NCBI GenBank assembly: GCA_963833225.1
Contig: CAWHXD010000019.1
Span: 1-64,000 of the forward strand
Length of the DNA stretch: 64,000 bases
Source: an uncultured Chloroflexia bacterium
GTDB lineage: Bacteria; Chloroflexota; Limnocylindria; Limnocylindrales; CSP1-4
Direction of reading: 5' to 3'
The notes under the pieces: generated by a model
The model's input: the letters and a program-made list of their open reading frames with translations, nothing else
Database searches by the model: none
What the model was told of the DNA's origin: nothing
Translations under genes and position numbers: made by a program
Shown: positions 10,195 through 19,492 of the stretch, one piece after another
How positions within the stretch are numbered: position 1 is the first letter of the stretch
Layout: every line of letters begins with the position of its first letter

Positions 10195-10701
10195 GTGAGC
10201 GAGACACGGCCGCAGGTCGGGATCGTGGGCGGCAGCCGCTCGGACTTCCCGGTGCTCGAGAAGGCGGTCTCGGTGCTCGAAGCGCTGGGCGTCACGTGCG
10301 AGCTGCGGGTCGTGTCCGCGCACCGGACGCCGGATCACCTGTTCCGCTACGCGGAGACGGCGGGGGATCGCGGGATCCGGGTCATCATCGCGGGCGCCGG
10401 CGGGGCGGCGCACCTGCCGGGGATGCTGGCCGCCAAGACAAGCCTGCCCGTCATCGGCGTCCCGATCCCCACCCAGCACCTCGGCGGCCTCGACTCGCTG
10501 CTCTCGATCGTCCAGATGCCGCGCGGGATCCCCGTGGCGACGGTCGCGATCGGCAATGCCGACAACGCGGCCCTGCTGGCGGTCGCGATCCTTGCGCTGT
10601 CCGATGCCGCGCTCGCGAAGCGCCTGGACGCGTACCGATCGGCCCAGACCGAGTCAGTGCTCGGCGACGCCTCCAACGCGGACCCGCTGCCGGGGGCCTG
10701 A
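10195..10701 (+). CDS. purE: N5-CAIR mutase PurE
   Basis: [43 protein letters not shown]. Confidence 0.97.
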   Translation: MSETRPQVGIVGGSRSDFPVLEKAVSVLEALGVTCELRVVSAHRTPDHLFRYAETAGDRGIRVIIAGAGGAAHLPGMLAAKTSLPVIGVPIPTQHLGGLDSLLSIVQMPRGIPVATVAIGNADNAALLAVAILALSDAALAKRLDAYRSAQTESVLGDASNADPLPGA

Positions 10702-10796
10702 CGCGACGGCCGTCGCCGCAACGAGCGCATTGGGGACGATCGGCCCTGCCACGAGCCCACCGCCAATCCGGCACCCCCGGCTAGACTCGGTCTGAC

Positions 10797-11240
10797 ATGC
10801 ACGACGAACGCTGGGAACCGGGGATGCCCGTGCTGGACCGCCAGGCGGTGCCGGCGGCACCAGCGGCCGCGGCGGACGCCCATCTGCCGCCGAGCCTGCG
10901 CGGCCTGCCGCCGCGCAGCGTCCCGGAGCCACGGCCAACGCCGCTCCAGCGGCACTACGTGCTGATCTCCGCCCCAGCGCTGGTCCTGGGCACGATCGCG
11001 ATCACGGCGCTGGAGCTCGGGGCCGGCTTCGGGAGCCCGCTGGTCAAGCTCTGCATCCTGCTCGCGGCCCCCCTGCTGCTCGTCGGGACGCTGGACGCGA
11101 CGCTCCGCATCTGGCGCTCGGCCTGGGCATGGATGCCGGTGAACCGCAATCGGGCATGGTTCCGGCTGGCCTGGCTGGTCCCGGCGGGTGTGTTCGTTGC
11201 CCTGATCGTGGGTGCGGCCTCGCTCGCGGTGGGGTCCTGA
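10797..11240 (+). CDS. Hypothetical membrane protein (about 3 TM)
   Basis: Three hydrophobic segments; ends 2 bp before the NUDIX start; TAGACT -10-like hexamer upstream. Confidence 0.7.
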   Translation: MHDERWEPGMPVLDRQAVPAAPAAAADAHLPPSLRGLPPRSVPEPRPTPLQRHYVLISAPALVLGTIAITALELGAGFGSPLVKLCILLAAPLLLVGTLDATLRIWRSAWAWMPVNRNRAWFRLAWLVPAGVFVALIVGAASLAVGS

Positions 11241-11242
11241 GC

Positions 11243-11905
11243 ATGCACGAGCGACGGCTCACGGGTGACGAGCTGCGTCTCCTGGGTGCGATGGGCCGTG
11301 GTCCCGACGGCCGCTCCACGGATGTCGACTCGGGCGGCGGTGCCCCCCGCTGGTTCCGCCGGTCGGTCAGGTTCTGCTCCAACTGCGGGTCGGAGCTGGT
11401 GGCCGGGATCCCGCCGACCGAGTATCGCGAGCGGATGACATGCCCTGGCTGCGGGTTCATCGCCTACGCCAACCCGCGGCTCGTGGTCACGACCATCCCG
11501 GTCACGGACGCCGGCGACGCCGTCCTGCTCCGGCGCGGCATCGAGCCCGGCCAGGGGCTGTGGGCGCAGCCCGGGGGGTTCCTGGAGATCGACGAGACGG
11601 TCTCGGAGGCGGCGATCCGGGAGACGCTCGAGGAGACTGGCCTGCTCGTGGCGCCCGGCGAGCTGGTGGGTCTCTACTCACGCCTCGAGGCCGCGGTCGT
11701 CACGCTCGTGTTCGAGGCACGGATCGTCGGTGGCGCGCCACGCGTCACGCCCGAGGCGCTGGAGGTCCGGGCGTTCGAAGCCGGCGCCATCCCGTGGGGC
11801 GAGATCGCGTTCAAGACGTCGTACTTCGCGCTGCGAGACTGGGTGGAGAAGCGACACCCGGGCACTCCGCTGCCGGACGCGTTCACCGGCCTTGAGCCCT
11901 TCTAG
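11243..11905 (+). CDS. Nudix hydrolase with N-terminal zinc ribbon
   Basis: FCSNCG...CPGCG; Nudix box [24 protein letters not shown]. Confidence 0.93.
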   Translation: MHERRLTGDELRLLGAMGRGPDGRSTDVDSGGGAPRWFRRSVRFCSNCGSELVAGIPPTEYRERMTCPGCGFIAYANPRLVVTTIPVTDAGDAVLLRRGIEPGQGLWAQPGGFLEIDETVSEAAIRETLEETGLLVAPGELVGLYSRLEAAVVTLVFEARIVGGAPRVTPEALEVRAFEAGAIPWGEIAFKTSYFALRDWVEKRHPGTPLPDAFTGLEPF

Positions 11906-13737
11906 CCGGCGCCGTTGGGACCTGGGTCCCTGGGGCCTTGGCCCCTCTCGCCGGAACCCGCCGCCGGACCCAGGGTGGAGCCGCCGTCGGTCAGGCCGCC
12001 GTATGCGCGGCGCCGAAGGCCCGTGGTCACGGCCGTCTGCTCGGGACCCGAGACGCCCATCCGCGCGAGTGCCGCGCGCGCCAGCTCCAGGGCCGCCTCG
12101 AGCTCAGGGTCCGCGAGCCGCGCGACCCCCATCGCCCGCATCGCGCCGATCTCGGTCCGGCCGCGAGCCCGGGCCACGACCGTCAACCTGGGGTTCAACG
12201 CCCGGGCCCGCTCAACCGCGAGCTGTGCGGACATCGGGTCGCCGATCGCCACCACCAGGAGCCGCGCGCGCTCGAGGCCGGCTCGCAACAGGATGGCCCG
12301 GGCCGCGGCGTCGCCAAACAGGGTGGCTGCGCCCAGCTCCGCGACCTCGTCGAGCGCTCGCTGGTCACGGTCCACGACCACGCACCGGAAGCCGCGAGCG
12401 CGGACAGCCCGCACCACCACCTTCCCGACGCGCCCGGCGCCGAGCACCACGACGGCGAGACGGTCGTCGCCGACGGTCGCGGCGGTGAGCTCGCCGCGGA
12501 GCACGGGTCCCGCGCCCGGCTGCGGCGGGTCCACCTGGGTGGCCCGGTGCTCGATCCTGGTCGCAAGCGCAGCGGCTGTATTGACGAGCGGCGGCGTCAG
12601 CACGATCGAGAGCACCGCCGTCGCGAGCACCAGGTTGTAGCCCCGGGCGTCGACCAACCCCAGGCCGAGGGCCTGCTCGGCGATGAGAAAGGAGAACTCG
12701 CCGACCTGGGCGACGGTCGCCCCCAGGATAAGGGCGCTTCGCCACGGTAGCCCGAGCACGCGCGCCAGCAGCGCGCTCGCCACGGACTTCACGGCCATGG
12801 CCACCGCCAGCAGCGCGACCAGCGCCGGCCAGTCCGCGAGCAGCGCGGCCGGGTCGAGCAGCATGCCCACCGAGACGAAGAACAGGACGGCGAACAGGTC
12901 CCGGAACGGAAGGATCTCGCCCGCCGCCTGGTGCGAGAGGTCCGACTCGGACACGATGATCCCGGCCACGAACGCCCCTAGCGCGAGCGACAAGCCGAAC
13001 ACCGCGCTCGAGATGAACGCTGCCAGCAGGGCGGTGGCAAAGACCGAGAGCAGGAAGAGCTCGGGTGACCCGAGCCGGCTCACCGTCCGGAACAGCCACG
13101 GCAGCAGCCGCGTGCCGACGACGAACGCGAGCGCCAGGAAGGCCGCTGCCCGGACCAGCGCCAACAGCAGCGGCGCCGCCGATCCGCCACCGGCGAGCGG
13201 CTCCAGCATGGCCATCAGCACGATCGTGACCAGGTCCTGGACCACCATCCAGCCGATGGCCGCCCGCCCGTGCAGGCTGTCGAGAGCCCCGCGCGCGATC
13301 AGCAGCTTGAGCACGACGAGCGTGGAGCTGATCGCGATCGCGGAGCCGATGACCGCCGCCCCGGTGGGGGACAGGCCCAGAAGCACCGCGACGAGTGCGC
13401 CCGACACCGCCGTGATCGCCACCTGGATCAGCGCCCCGGGCACGGCCACCCGCCACACCCGGCGCAGCTCGTGAAGCGAGAACTCCACGCCCAGCGCGAA
13501 CAGCAGCAGGACCACGCCCAGCTCCGCCAGGCGGGAGATCTCCTCCTGGTTTCCCACGAACCCGGGGGTGAAAGGCCCGATCACCACACCCGCCGCGAGA
13601 TAGCCCACGATCGGCGGCTGGCCGAGGCGCGTGGCCACGGCCCCGCCGACCAGGGCCAGGGCGACCGCCACCCCGAGATCCAGGATGAACCGGAGCTCGG
13701 GAGTCAACGCGAGGTCGACCAGCGGCAGCGTGGGCAC
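11902..13737 (-). CDS. CPA2 cation:proton antiporter (Kef/YbaL-like) with TrkA-N domain
   Basis: GQPPIVGYL, LLLFALGVEFS, SSTLVV, QD motif, PFRDLFAVLFFVSVGM, QVGEFSF; GAGRVG nucleotide-binding motif. Confidence 0.92.
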   Translation of the reverse strand: MPTLPLVDLALTPELRFILDLGVAVALALVGGAVATRLGQPPIVGYLAAGVVIGPFTPGFVGNQEEISRLAELGVVLLLFALGVEFSLHELRRVWRVAVPGALIQVAITAVSGALVAVLLGLSPTGAAVIGSAIAISSTLVVLKLLIARGALDSLHGRAAIGWMVVQDLVTIVLMAMLEPLAGGGSAAPLLLALVRAAAFLALAFVVGTRLLPWLFRTVSRLGSPELFLLSVFATALLAAFISSAVFGLSLALGAFVAGIIVSESDLSHQAAGEILPFRDLFAVLFFVSVGMLLDPAALLADWPALVALLAVAMAVKSVASALLARVLGLPWRSALILGATVAQVGEFSFLIAEQALGLGLVDARGYNLVLATAVLSIVLTPPLVNTAAALATRIEHRATQVDPPQPGAGPVLRGELTAATVGDDRLAVVVLGAGRVGKVVVRAVRARGFRCVVVDRDQRALDEVAELGAATLFGDAAARAILLRAGLERARLLVVAIGDPMSAQLAVERARALNPRLTVVARARGRTEIGAMRAMGVARLADPELEAALELARAALARMGVSGPEQTAVTTGLRRRAYGGLTDGGSTLGPAAGSGERGQGPRDPGPNGAG

Positions 13738-13827
13738 GAACTCATTATCGAGGGGGCCGCCACGTCCCGGACGCGGCGTGCCGCTTCGCACGCGACGCCC
13801 GGCGTGCTCACCACTAGCATGCGCAGC

Positions 13828-14883
13828 ATGGAGTCCACGGCCAGGTCCCGGTCGCAACGGTCGCCGCGCGATCGGCTGCTCCACGCCATGACCGACACGA
13901 TCCGCGGTCGCCACCTCCAGATCTGGGTGATCGCCGTGGCCGGTGTCTCGGTGATCGGCGCCCTGGGCTACGTGGTCCTGTTCGGGTGGCCGCTCGGCGA
14001 CGCCCTGTACATGACCGTCCTGACCCTCACGACAGTGGGGTTCCACGAGGTCCGCGAGGTGGTCGGGTTCTGGGATCGGCTGTGGACGATGATCCTGGCG
14101 GTCGCTGGCGTCGGGATCATCTTCGGGACCATCGGCATCGTGGCCGAGACCATCATCAGCGATGCGGCGAGCGGCCGGCGAGAGGTGAAGCGGATGCAGG
14201 AGACCGTCGAGGCGCTGAGCGGCCACTACATCGTGTGCGGCTACGGCCGCGTGGGCTCGACCGTGATCAGCGAGCTGGTCCACACGGGGCAGCGGTTCGT
14301 CGTGATCGACATCAACGCCCCGTCACTGGATCGGGCCGCGGCCGACGGCCACCTGGTCGTGGTCGGTGACGCGACCGATGACGCAACCCTGATCCGGGCC
14401 GGCATCTCGCGGGCGCGCGGGCTCATCACCACCGTCGACTCGGACGCCAACAACGTCTACGTGACGCTTTCGGCGAGGGCGATGAACCCCGGGCTGTTCA
14501 TCGTCGCGCGCGCCAGCGCCGCCGGGGCCGAGGCGAAGCTCGTCCATGCCGGTGCCAACCGGATCGTGTCGCCCTACACGATGGCGGGCCGGCGAGCCGC
14601 GGAGCTCGCGACCCGCCCCCGGGTTGCCGACTACATCGACGCCGCGCTGTCGCACGGCAACCTGTCCTTCTCGCTCGAGGAGGTGGAGGTGGACGGTGAC
14701 AGCCCGCTGCTCGGCATCACCGTGGGGGACCTGCGGGCCGACGGGGCCGTAACCCTGGCGATCCTTCAGCCTGACGGCGCGTACGAGGCGAACCCGCCCG
14801 AGGGCCGCGCGATCCGGGTCGGGGAGAACCTGATCGTCTCGGGTACCACGCAGGCGCTCGCCGCCCTCCGGGCGCGCGCCTGA
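13828..14883 (+). CDS. MthK-like potassium channel with TrkA-N/TrkA-C (RCK) domains
   Basis: Filter TLTTVGF; HYIVCGYGRVG; GDAT; AGANRIVSPY. Confidence 0.92.
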   Translation: MESTARSRSQRSPRDRLLHAMTDTIRGRHLQIWVIAVAGVSVIGALGYVVLFGWPLGDALYMTVLTLTTVGFHEVREVVGFWDRLWTMILAVAGVGIIFGTIGIVAETIISDAASGRREVKRMQETVEALSGHYIVCGYGRVGSTVISELVHTGQRFVVIDINAPSLDRAAADGHLVVVGDATDDATLIRAGISRARGLITTVDSDANNVYVTLSARAMNPGLFIVARASAAGAEAKLVHAGANRIVSPYTMAGRRAAELATRPRVADYIDAALSHGNLSFSLEEVEVDGDSPLLGITVGDLRADGAVTLAILQPDGAYEANPPEGRAIRVGENLIVSGTTQALAALRARA

Positions 14884-15795
14884 TCAGCTCTCCCTGGCCG
14901 ACTCCGTCTCCGAGGCCGCCATCGCCGCGCCCACGATCCCGGCATCGTTCCGCAGCTGGGCCGGCACCACGCGGGCACGGACGGTGAGCCGCGGGATGAA
15001 CTGGTCCCCGCGCTTCGACACGCCGCCGCCGATGATGAACAGCCGGGGGCTGAACAGCCTCTCGATCGCGAGCAGGTGCTCGTCGAGGTCCATCGCCCAC
15101 GCCTTCCAACTGATGCCCCGCCGGACCCGGGCCGCCGCCGCGGACCGGCGCTCCGCGTCCCGACCCCGGATCTCCATGTGCCCGAGCTCGAGGTTGGGCA
15201 CCAGCATCCCGTTGTAGAACAGCGCGGAACCCGTCCCCGTTCCGAGCGTGATCAGGAACACCGTGCCACGCTCGTCGCGCCCCACGCCGAAGCGCATCTC
15301 GGCGACCCCGGCCGCGTCGGCGTCGTTGATGAGGTGGACCGGGCGGGCGAGGATGCGCTCGAGGGCGGAGTCCGCGTCGAAGTCCACCCAGCCGGGGTCC
15401 ACGTTGGCGGCGCTCTTGGTCCGGCCGTCGATCACGACGGCCGGGAAGCCGACACCGACCGGCGCCTTGTCCGGGAGCTGGACCTCCCTGGCGATCTTCC
15501 TGATCATCCGGGCGATCGATGCGCACACGGCCGCGGGCGTGGACGGCTGGGGCGTGGGGACCCGGTGGCGGAGGCCGATCAGCTCACCCGAGTCGAGGTC
15601 CACCGCCGCCGCCTTGATGCCGCTGCCGCCGACGTCGACGCCGATGGCCACGCGTCGGCCCTCGACCGGGATCGGTTCGAACGTCGCGGCAGGCGCCTTG
15701 TCCTGGTCATTCTCGACCGGCTTGTCGGCCAGCTTGACCGCCTTGGCCGCGATCCGGGCCGTCGCGTCGTCGGAGGATTGGCTGTCGTCGCTCAC
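14884..15795 (-). CDS. ppgK: Polyphosphate glucokinase (ROK family)
   Basis: GVDVGGSGIKAA, PTPQPSTP, NDADAAG, TLGTGTGSA, NLELGH, IIGGGVSK, LRNDAGIVGAA. Confidence 0.88.
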   Translation of the reverse strand: MSDDSQSSDDATARIAAKAVKLADKPVENDQDKAPAATFEPIPVEGRRVAIGVDVGGSGIKAAAVDLDSGELIGLRHRVPTPQPSTPAAVCASIARMIRKIAREVQLPDKAPVGVGFPAVVIDGRTKSAANVDPGWVDFDADSALERILARPVHLINDADAAGVAEMRFGVGRDERGTVFLITLGTGTGSALFYNGMLVPNLELGHMEIRGRDAERRSAAAARVRRGISWKAWAMDLDEHLLAIERLFSPRLFIIGGGVSKRGDQFIPRLTVRARVVPAQLRNDAGIVGAAMAASETESARES

Positions 15796-15922
15796 GCTGA
15801 GGGCTCCTCGAGCAGGATGGGTGGCCGGTGCGCCGTGCCACATCGAAGACTAGCCCCAGCGGTCCAGCCCCGCGATCCGCGCTGCCCGATGCGGCGACCT
15901 GGCCGCTCGCCGAGGCGCGTCG

Positions 15923-16690
15923 CTAGAAGTAGTTGACGGTGATGCCGCCGTCGATCACGAAGTTGGACCCGTTGGTCCAGCGCGACTCGTCGGAAGCGAG
16001 GTAGACGCCGACGTTGACGATCTCCTCCGGCTTGCCGAAGCGTCCGCTGGGGTTGCGCGCCAGGCGCAGCTGCTTGGCGGCCTCGTCCTTGAGCAGCCAG
16101 TCCATGAGCAGCGGCGTCTCGATGGGACCCGGGCTGATGCTGTTGGACCGCACGCCGCGGCCGGCGAACTGCACCGCGAGCGACCGGGTCAGGGCGAGCA
16201 CCGCTCCCTTGGATGCCGTGTAGGCGTCCTGGGGAACCGAGCAGCCGAGGATCGCCACGAAGCTCGCGATGTTGATGATCGAGCCCGCGCCCTGCTCGAG
16301 CATCTGCGGGATCGCGTACTTGCAGCCGAGGAACACGCCGCGGACGTTAACGGCCATCACGGCGTCCCAGGTGGCGACATCGGTGTCGATGACCGAGTGG
16401 TCGGCCTCGGGCATGATCCCGGCATTGTTGTAGAGCGCGTCGACCCGTCCGTAGGTCGCGACGGCATGCTGGACCATGGCCCGGGCGTCGGCCTCGTTGG
16501 AGACATCGGCGCGGACGAAGGTGGCGTCGCCGCCGGCAGCCCGCACGGCGGCGACGACCGTCTCGCCGGCGGGCTCGGAGACGTCGGCGACGACCACGCG
16601 TGCCCCCTCGCGGGCGAAGATCTCGGCCGCGGTGCGGCCCATGCCGCTGCCGGCTCCGGTGATGATCGTGACCTTGCCGTCGAGTCGCAT
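15923..16690 (-). CDS. Short-chain dehydrogenase/reductase
   Basis: TGAGSGMG, NNAG, YTASK, PGPIET. Confidence 0.93.
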   Translation of the reverse strand: MRLDGKVTIITGAGSGMGRTAAEIFAREGARVVVADVSEPAGETVVAAVRAAGGDATFVRADVSNEADARAMVQHAVATYGRVDALYNNAGIMPEADHSVIDTDVATWDAVMAVNVRGVFLGCKYAIPQMLEQGAGSIINIASFVAILGCSVPQDAYTASKGAVLALTRSLAVQFAGRGVRSNSISPGPIETPLLMDWLLKDEAAKQLRLARNPSGRFGKPEEIVNVGVYLASDESRWTNGSNFVIDGGITVNYF

Positions 16691-16727
16691 CTGGGTGGCT
16701 CCTGGGATGATGGGGAATGCCGGGTGA

Positions 16728-18119
16728 CTAGCCGCGCTCGAGGTACCGCTCCCGGTCCCAGCTGTGGACCACGGCGTCGTACTGCTCCTGCTCCACGCGC
16801 GCGGCGTTGAGGTAGTGCGCGACCACGTCGTCGCCAAAGATCTCGGGGGCGGCCTCCGAGCGCTCGAGCTCGATGATCGCCTCCCACAGCGCTCTCGGCA
16901 TCCGCGGCACCCCCGTGGCCACATAGCCGTTGCCGCGGTGCTCGGATGGCAGCTCCAGCTTGTGCTCGATTCCGTACAGCCCGGCGCCGATCATCGCCGC
17001 GTAGGTCAGGTACGCATTCATGTCGCCACCCGGGAACCGGTTCTCGACGTGGAGCGCGCTCCCTTGGCCCACCAGCCGGAAGCCGGTGGTCCGGTTGTCG
17101 CGGCCCCAGACCACGTTCACCGGGGCCCACGACAGCGCGGCATAGCGCTTGTAGGAGTTGACGAACGGCGCGATGAACGGTGCCAGCTCGCGCGACAGGG
17201 TCATCATCCCGGCCATGAACTGGGCGCCCCGCTCTGACAATCCGTAGGGGCCATCGGCCTCGCCGGGCCCGGCGGGCATCAGCGGCCGGTCGTCATCGAC
17301 GCCCCAGATGCTCATGTGGAGGTGGCCCGACGAGCCGGTCCAGCGGTGGTCCGGCTTGGCCATGAACGTGATGCCCCAGCCGTTGAGGTACGCGATCTCC
17401 TTGGCGCCGTGCTTGAAGATCACCGTCCGGTCAGCCGACTCGAGCACATCGTCGTACCGGATGTTGACCTCGTGCTGGCCGGCCCCTGCCTCGCCCTTGG
17501 AGAACTCGATCGGGATGCGGGCCTCGGTCATGAGGTTGCGCAGGAGACGGTGGAGCGGCTCGGCCTTGGTGGCCTGGAGCAGGTGGTAGTCCTCGTTGTA
17601 GTGCCCGAAGGGCTGCGGGACCGGCCAGCCGCGCTCGGCCAGGCTGTCCCAGCTGTCCTTCAGGACGTAGTACTCGAGCTCCGAGCCGGCCTTGACGGCC
17701 ATCCCCATCGACGCCGCCCTGTCCACCTGCCGCTTGAGGATGGTCCTGGGGCTGACCTGGACCTCCTCGCCCGTGTCCTCGTCGGTGGCGTCAGCCAGCA
17801 CGAGCGCGGTCTTCTCGAGCCAGGGCAGCACCCGCAGCGAGTCCCAGGCCGGTGTCGCCGCGTAGTCACCGTAGCCGGTGTCCCAGCCCATGAGCGCGAA
17901 CCCGTCCGGCGTGTGCATCTCCATGTCCGTGCCCAGCAGGTAGGTGCAGAAGTGGGCCCCATGGTCGATCACGCCGTCGAGAAACGCCTGGCCCTGGACG
18001 CGCTTGCCGACGAGGCGGCCCTGCATGTCGGTGATCGCGATTACGAGCGTGTCGATCGCTCCGGATCGGACGAGTGACGCCAGCTCCTCGCGGCGGGGAT
18101 GCCCTGGCTGCTCCGGCAT
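16728..18119 (-). CDS. Glutamine synthetase-like gamma-glutamyl ligase (PuuA/GlnA4-like)
   Basis: DMQGRLVGKR, ELEYY, GQHEVN, TFMAKP, GSSGHLH, WGRDNRT, ENRFPGGDMN. Confidence 0.9.
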   Translation of the reverse strand: MPEQPGHPRREELASLVRSGAIDTLVIAITDMQGRLVGKRVQGQAFLDGVIDHGAHFCTYLLGTDMEMHTPDGFALMGWDTGYGDYAATPAWDSLRVLPWLEKTALVLADATDEDTGEEVQVSPRTILKRQVDRAASMGMAVKAGSELEYYVLKDSWDSLAERGWPVPQPFGHYNEDYHLLQATKAEPLHRLLRNLMTEARIPIEFSKGEAGAGQHEVNIRYDDVLESADRTVIFKHGAKEIAYLNGWGITFMAKPDHRWTGSSGHLHMSIWGVDDDRPLMPAGPGEADGPYGLSERGAQFMAGMMTLSRELAPFIAPFVNSYKRYAALSWAPVNVVWGRDNRTTGFRLVGQGSALHVENRFPGGDMNAYLTYAAMIGAGLYGIEHKLELPSEHRGNGYVATGVPRMPRALWEAIIELERSEAAPEIFGDDVVAHYLNAARVEQEQYDAVVHSWDRERYLERG

Positions 18120-18155
18120 GGTGCCTGCTTCCTTCGCTCCCCGCGGGGCGCGTGG

Positions 18156-18935
18156 CTAGTAGATGAAGGTCGTGTCGGTGGGGAAGGTGAAGTCGAACGC
18201 CGACGGCGGCAGGGTGGCGTTCGGCTGGTAGCTCGTCACGATGGCGTCCCGGGTCACCTGCCCGGCGATCGACTCCTCGAGGCGGAGGATCACGCCATCG
18301 AGGCGGTCAACGGCGATCCGCACGGCGAAGTCCGCTCGATCGGCCACGACCTCGACGGTCCGCGGGTGCTCGCACTCGAGCACCACGGCCTCCCGGCCGG
18401 CGATCGTCGTCATGCCGGTCACGAGGCAGCTCCCCGTTCCGAGGACGTTCTGGCAGTACCCCGCAGGGTGGATGAACAGCTCCGGGAGGGACTCCATCTG
18501 GAGCGGCGTCCTCGAGCGATACACGCGTGAGCTGCCCGGCAGGTCCGGCCCGTCGGTGCCGCGCACGATCGCCCGCACCGGTCGGCGGGTGCCGGTCTTC
18601 CGTGCCGACGAATAGGCGTTGATGGTCTCCCCGTCGGTCTGCCAGATCTCGTAGCTGCCGATGCCCTGGTCCGGCCACGAGGTCAGCACCTTCGCGCGGC
18701 CCGGGTGCTCAAGCATGACGTCGACGACGTTCAGCTCCTCGCCGCGCGCGGTCTGGCTGCGCTCCTCGATCCGCATTCGCAGCGTCTCGAAGCGGTGCTC
18801 CGCGTCGCGCATGAACGTGAACAGCTCCGCGACCGCCGGCAGCTCGTCTCGCAGGCGCGCGAGCTCCACGGCGCGCTCGCCGGAAACGGGGACGGGGAGG
18901 GATCCGGCGCGGTCCCAGGCACGGGTGGCAGGCAT
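18156..18935 (-). CDS. Hypothetical protein with LolA/RseB-like beta fold and no signal peptide
   Basis: PGRAKV, TDGET, IAGREAVVL, VDRLDGVIL, LPPSAFDFTFP resemble LolA-like folds; TACAAT 7 nt before ATG. Confidence 0.6.
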   Translation of the reverse strand: MPATRAWDRAGSLPVPVSGERAVELARLRDELPAVAELFTFMRDAEHRFETLRMRIEERSQTARGEELNVVDVMLEHPGRAKVLTSWPDQGIGSYEIWQTDGETINAYSSARKTGTRRPVRAIVRGTDGPDLPGSSRVYRSRTPLQMESLPELFIHPAGYCQNVLGTGSCLVTGMTTIAGREAVVLECEHPRTVEVVADRADFAVRIAVDRLDGVILRLEESIAGQVTRDAIVTSYQPNATLPPSAFDFTFPTDTTFIY

Positions 18936-18997
18936 GGCGCGGATTGTAGCGGGCGATGCAGGGCCCTGGTCGGGGCAAGTTCGCCTACAGTGACGGC

Positions 18998-19423
18998 ATG
19001 CGCCGTTCCAGCCACCGTCTCCTGGTGGCCTCACTGCTCGCTGCGTTGGGCGTCGCCGCGTGTGGGGGTTGGTCGCCCGTGCCCGATGCCTCGGGCGCGC
19101 CGGGCACCGGCGTCCCGCCGACCCCCGTGGGCGGTCAACCGGCGGCCGCGGGCGTGATCATCACGGCGCTCAACATCGAGTTCAACCCCCAGGCCGTCAG
19201 CGTGCCCGCCGGCCAGCCGTTCACGATCCAGCTCCTCAATCGCGACCAGGACGTTCCGCACAACATCCAGGTCAGCGACGCGAACGGCAACGTCCTCGTC
19301 AAGAGCGAGATCATCCGCGGGCCGGCCACGCTCACCATCGGGGTGCCAGCCCTGGCCGCGGGGACCTACCCGTTCACATGCATCGTCCACCCGAACATGA
19401 CAGGCACGATCACGGCCGAGTAG
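18998..19423 (+). CDS. Cupredoxin-domain lipoprotein
   Basis: Lipobox VAAC; copper-ligand motifs PHN and YPFTCIVHPNMTG. Confidence 0.85.
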   Translation: MRRSSHRLLVASLLAALGVAACGGWSPVPDASGAPGTGVPPTPVGGQPAAAGVIITALNIEFNPQAVSVPAGQPFTIQLLNRDQDVPHNIQVSDANGNVLVKSEIIRGPATLTIGVPALAAGTYPFTCIVHPNMTGTITAE

Positions 19424-19492
19424 GCGGGCGTCCGGCGTTGGCGGTGGCCCGCGCTCGTCGCGCTGGGTCGCCCGCGTTCCAGCCGGCGTGGG

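Noticed and set aside
13738-14283. N-terminal extension of the antiporter (793-aa ORF) and the reciprocal extension of the channel ORF from 13270
   Set aside because: They overlap the opposite gene; -10 hexamers support starts at 13737 and 13828.
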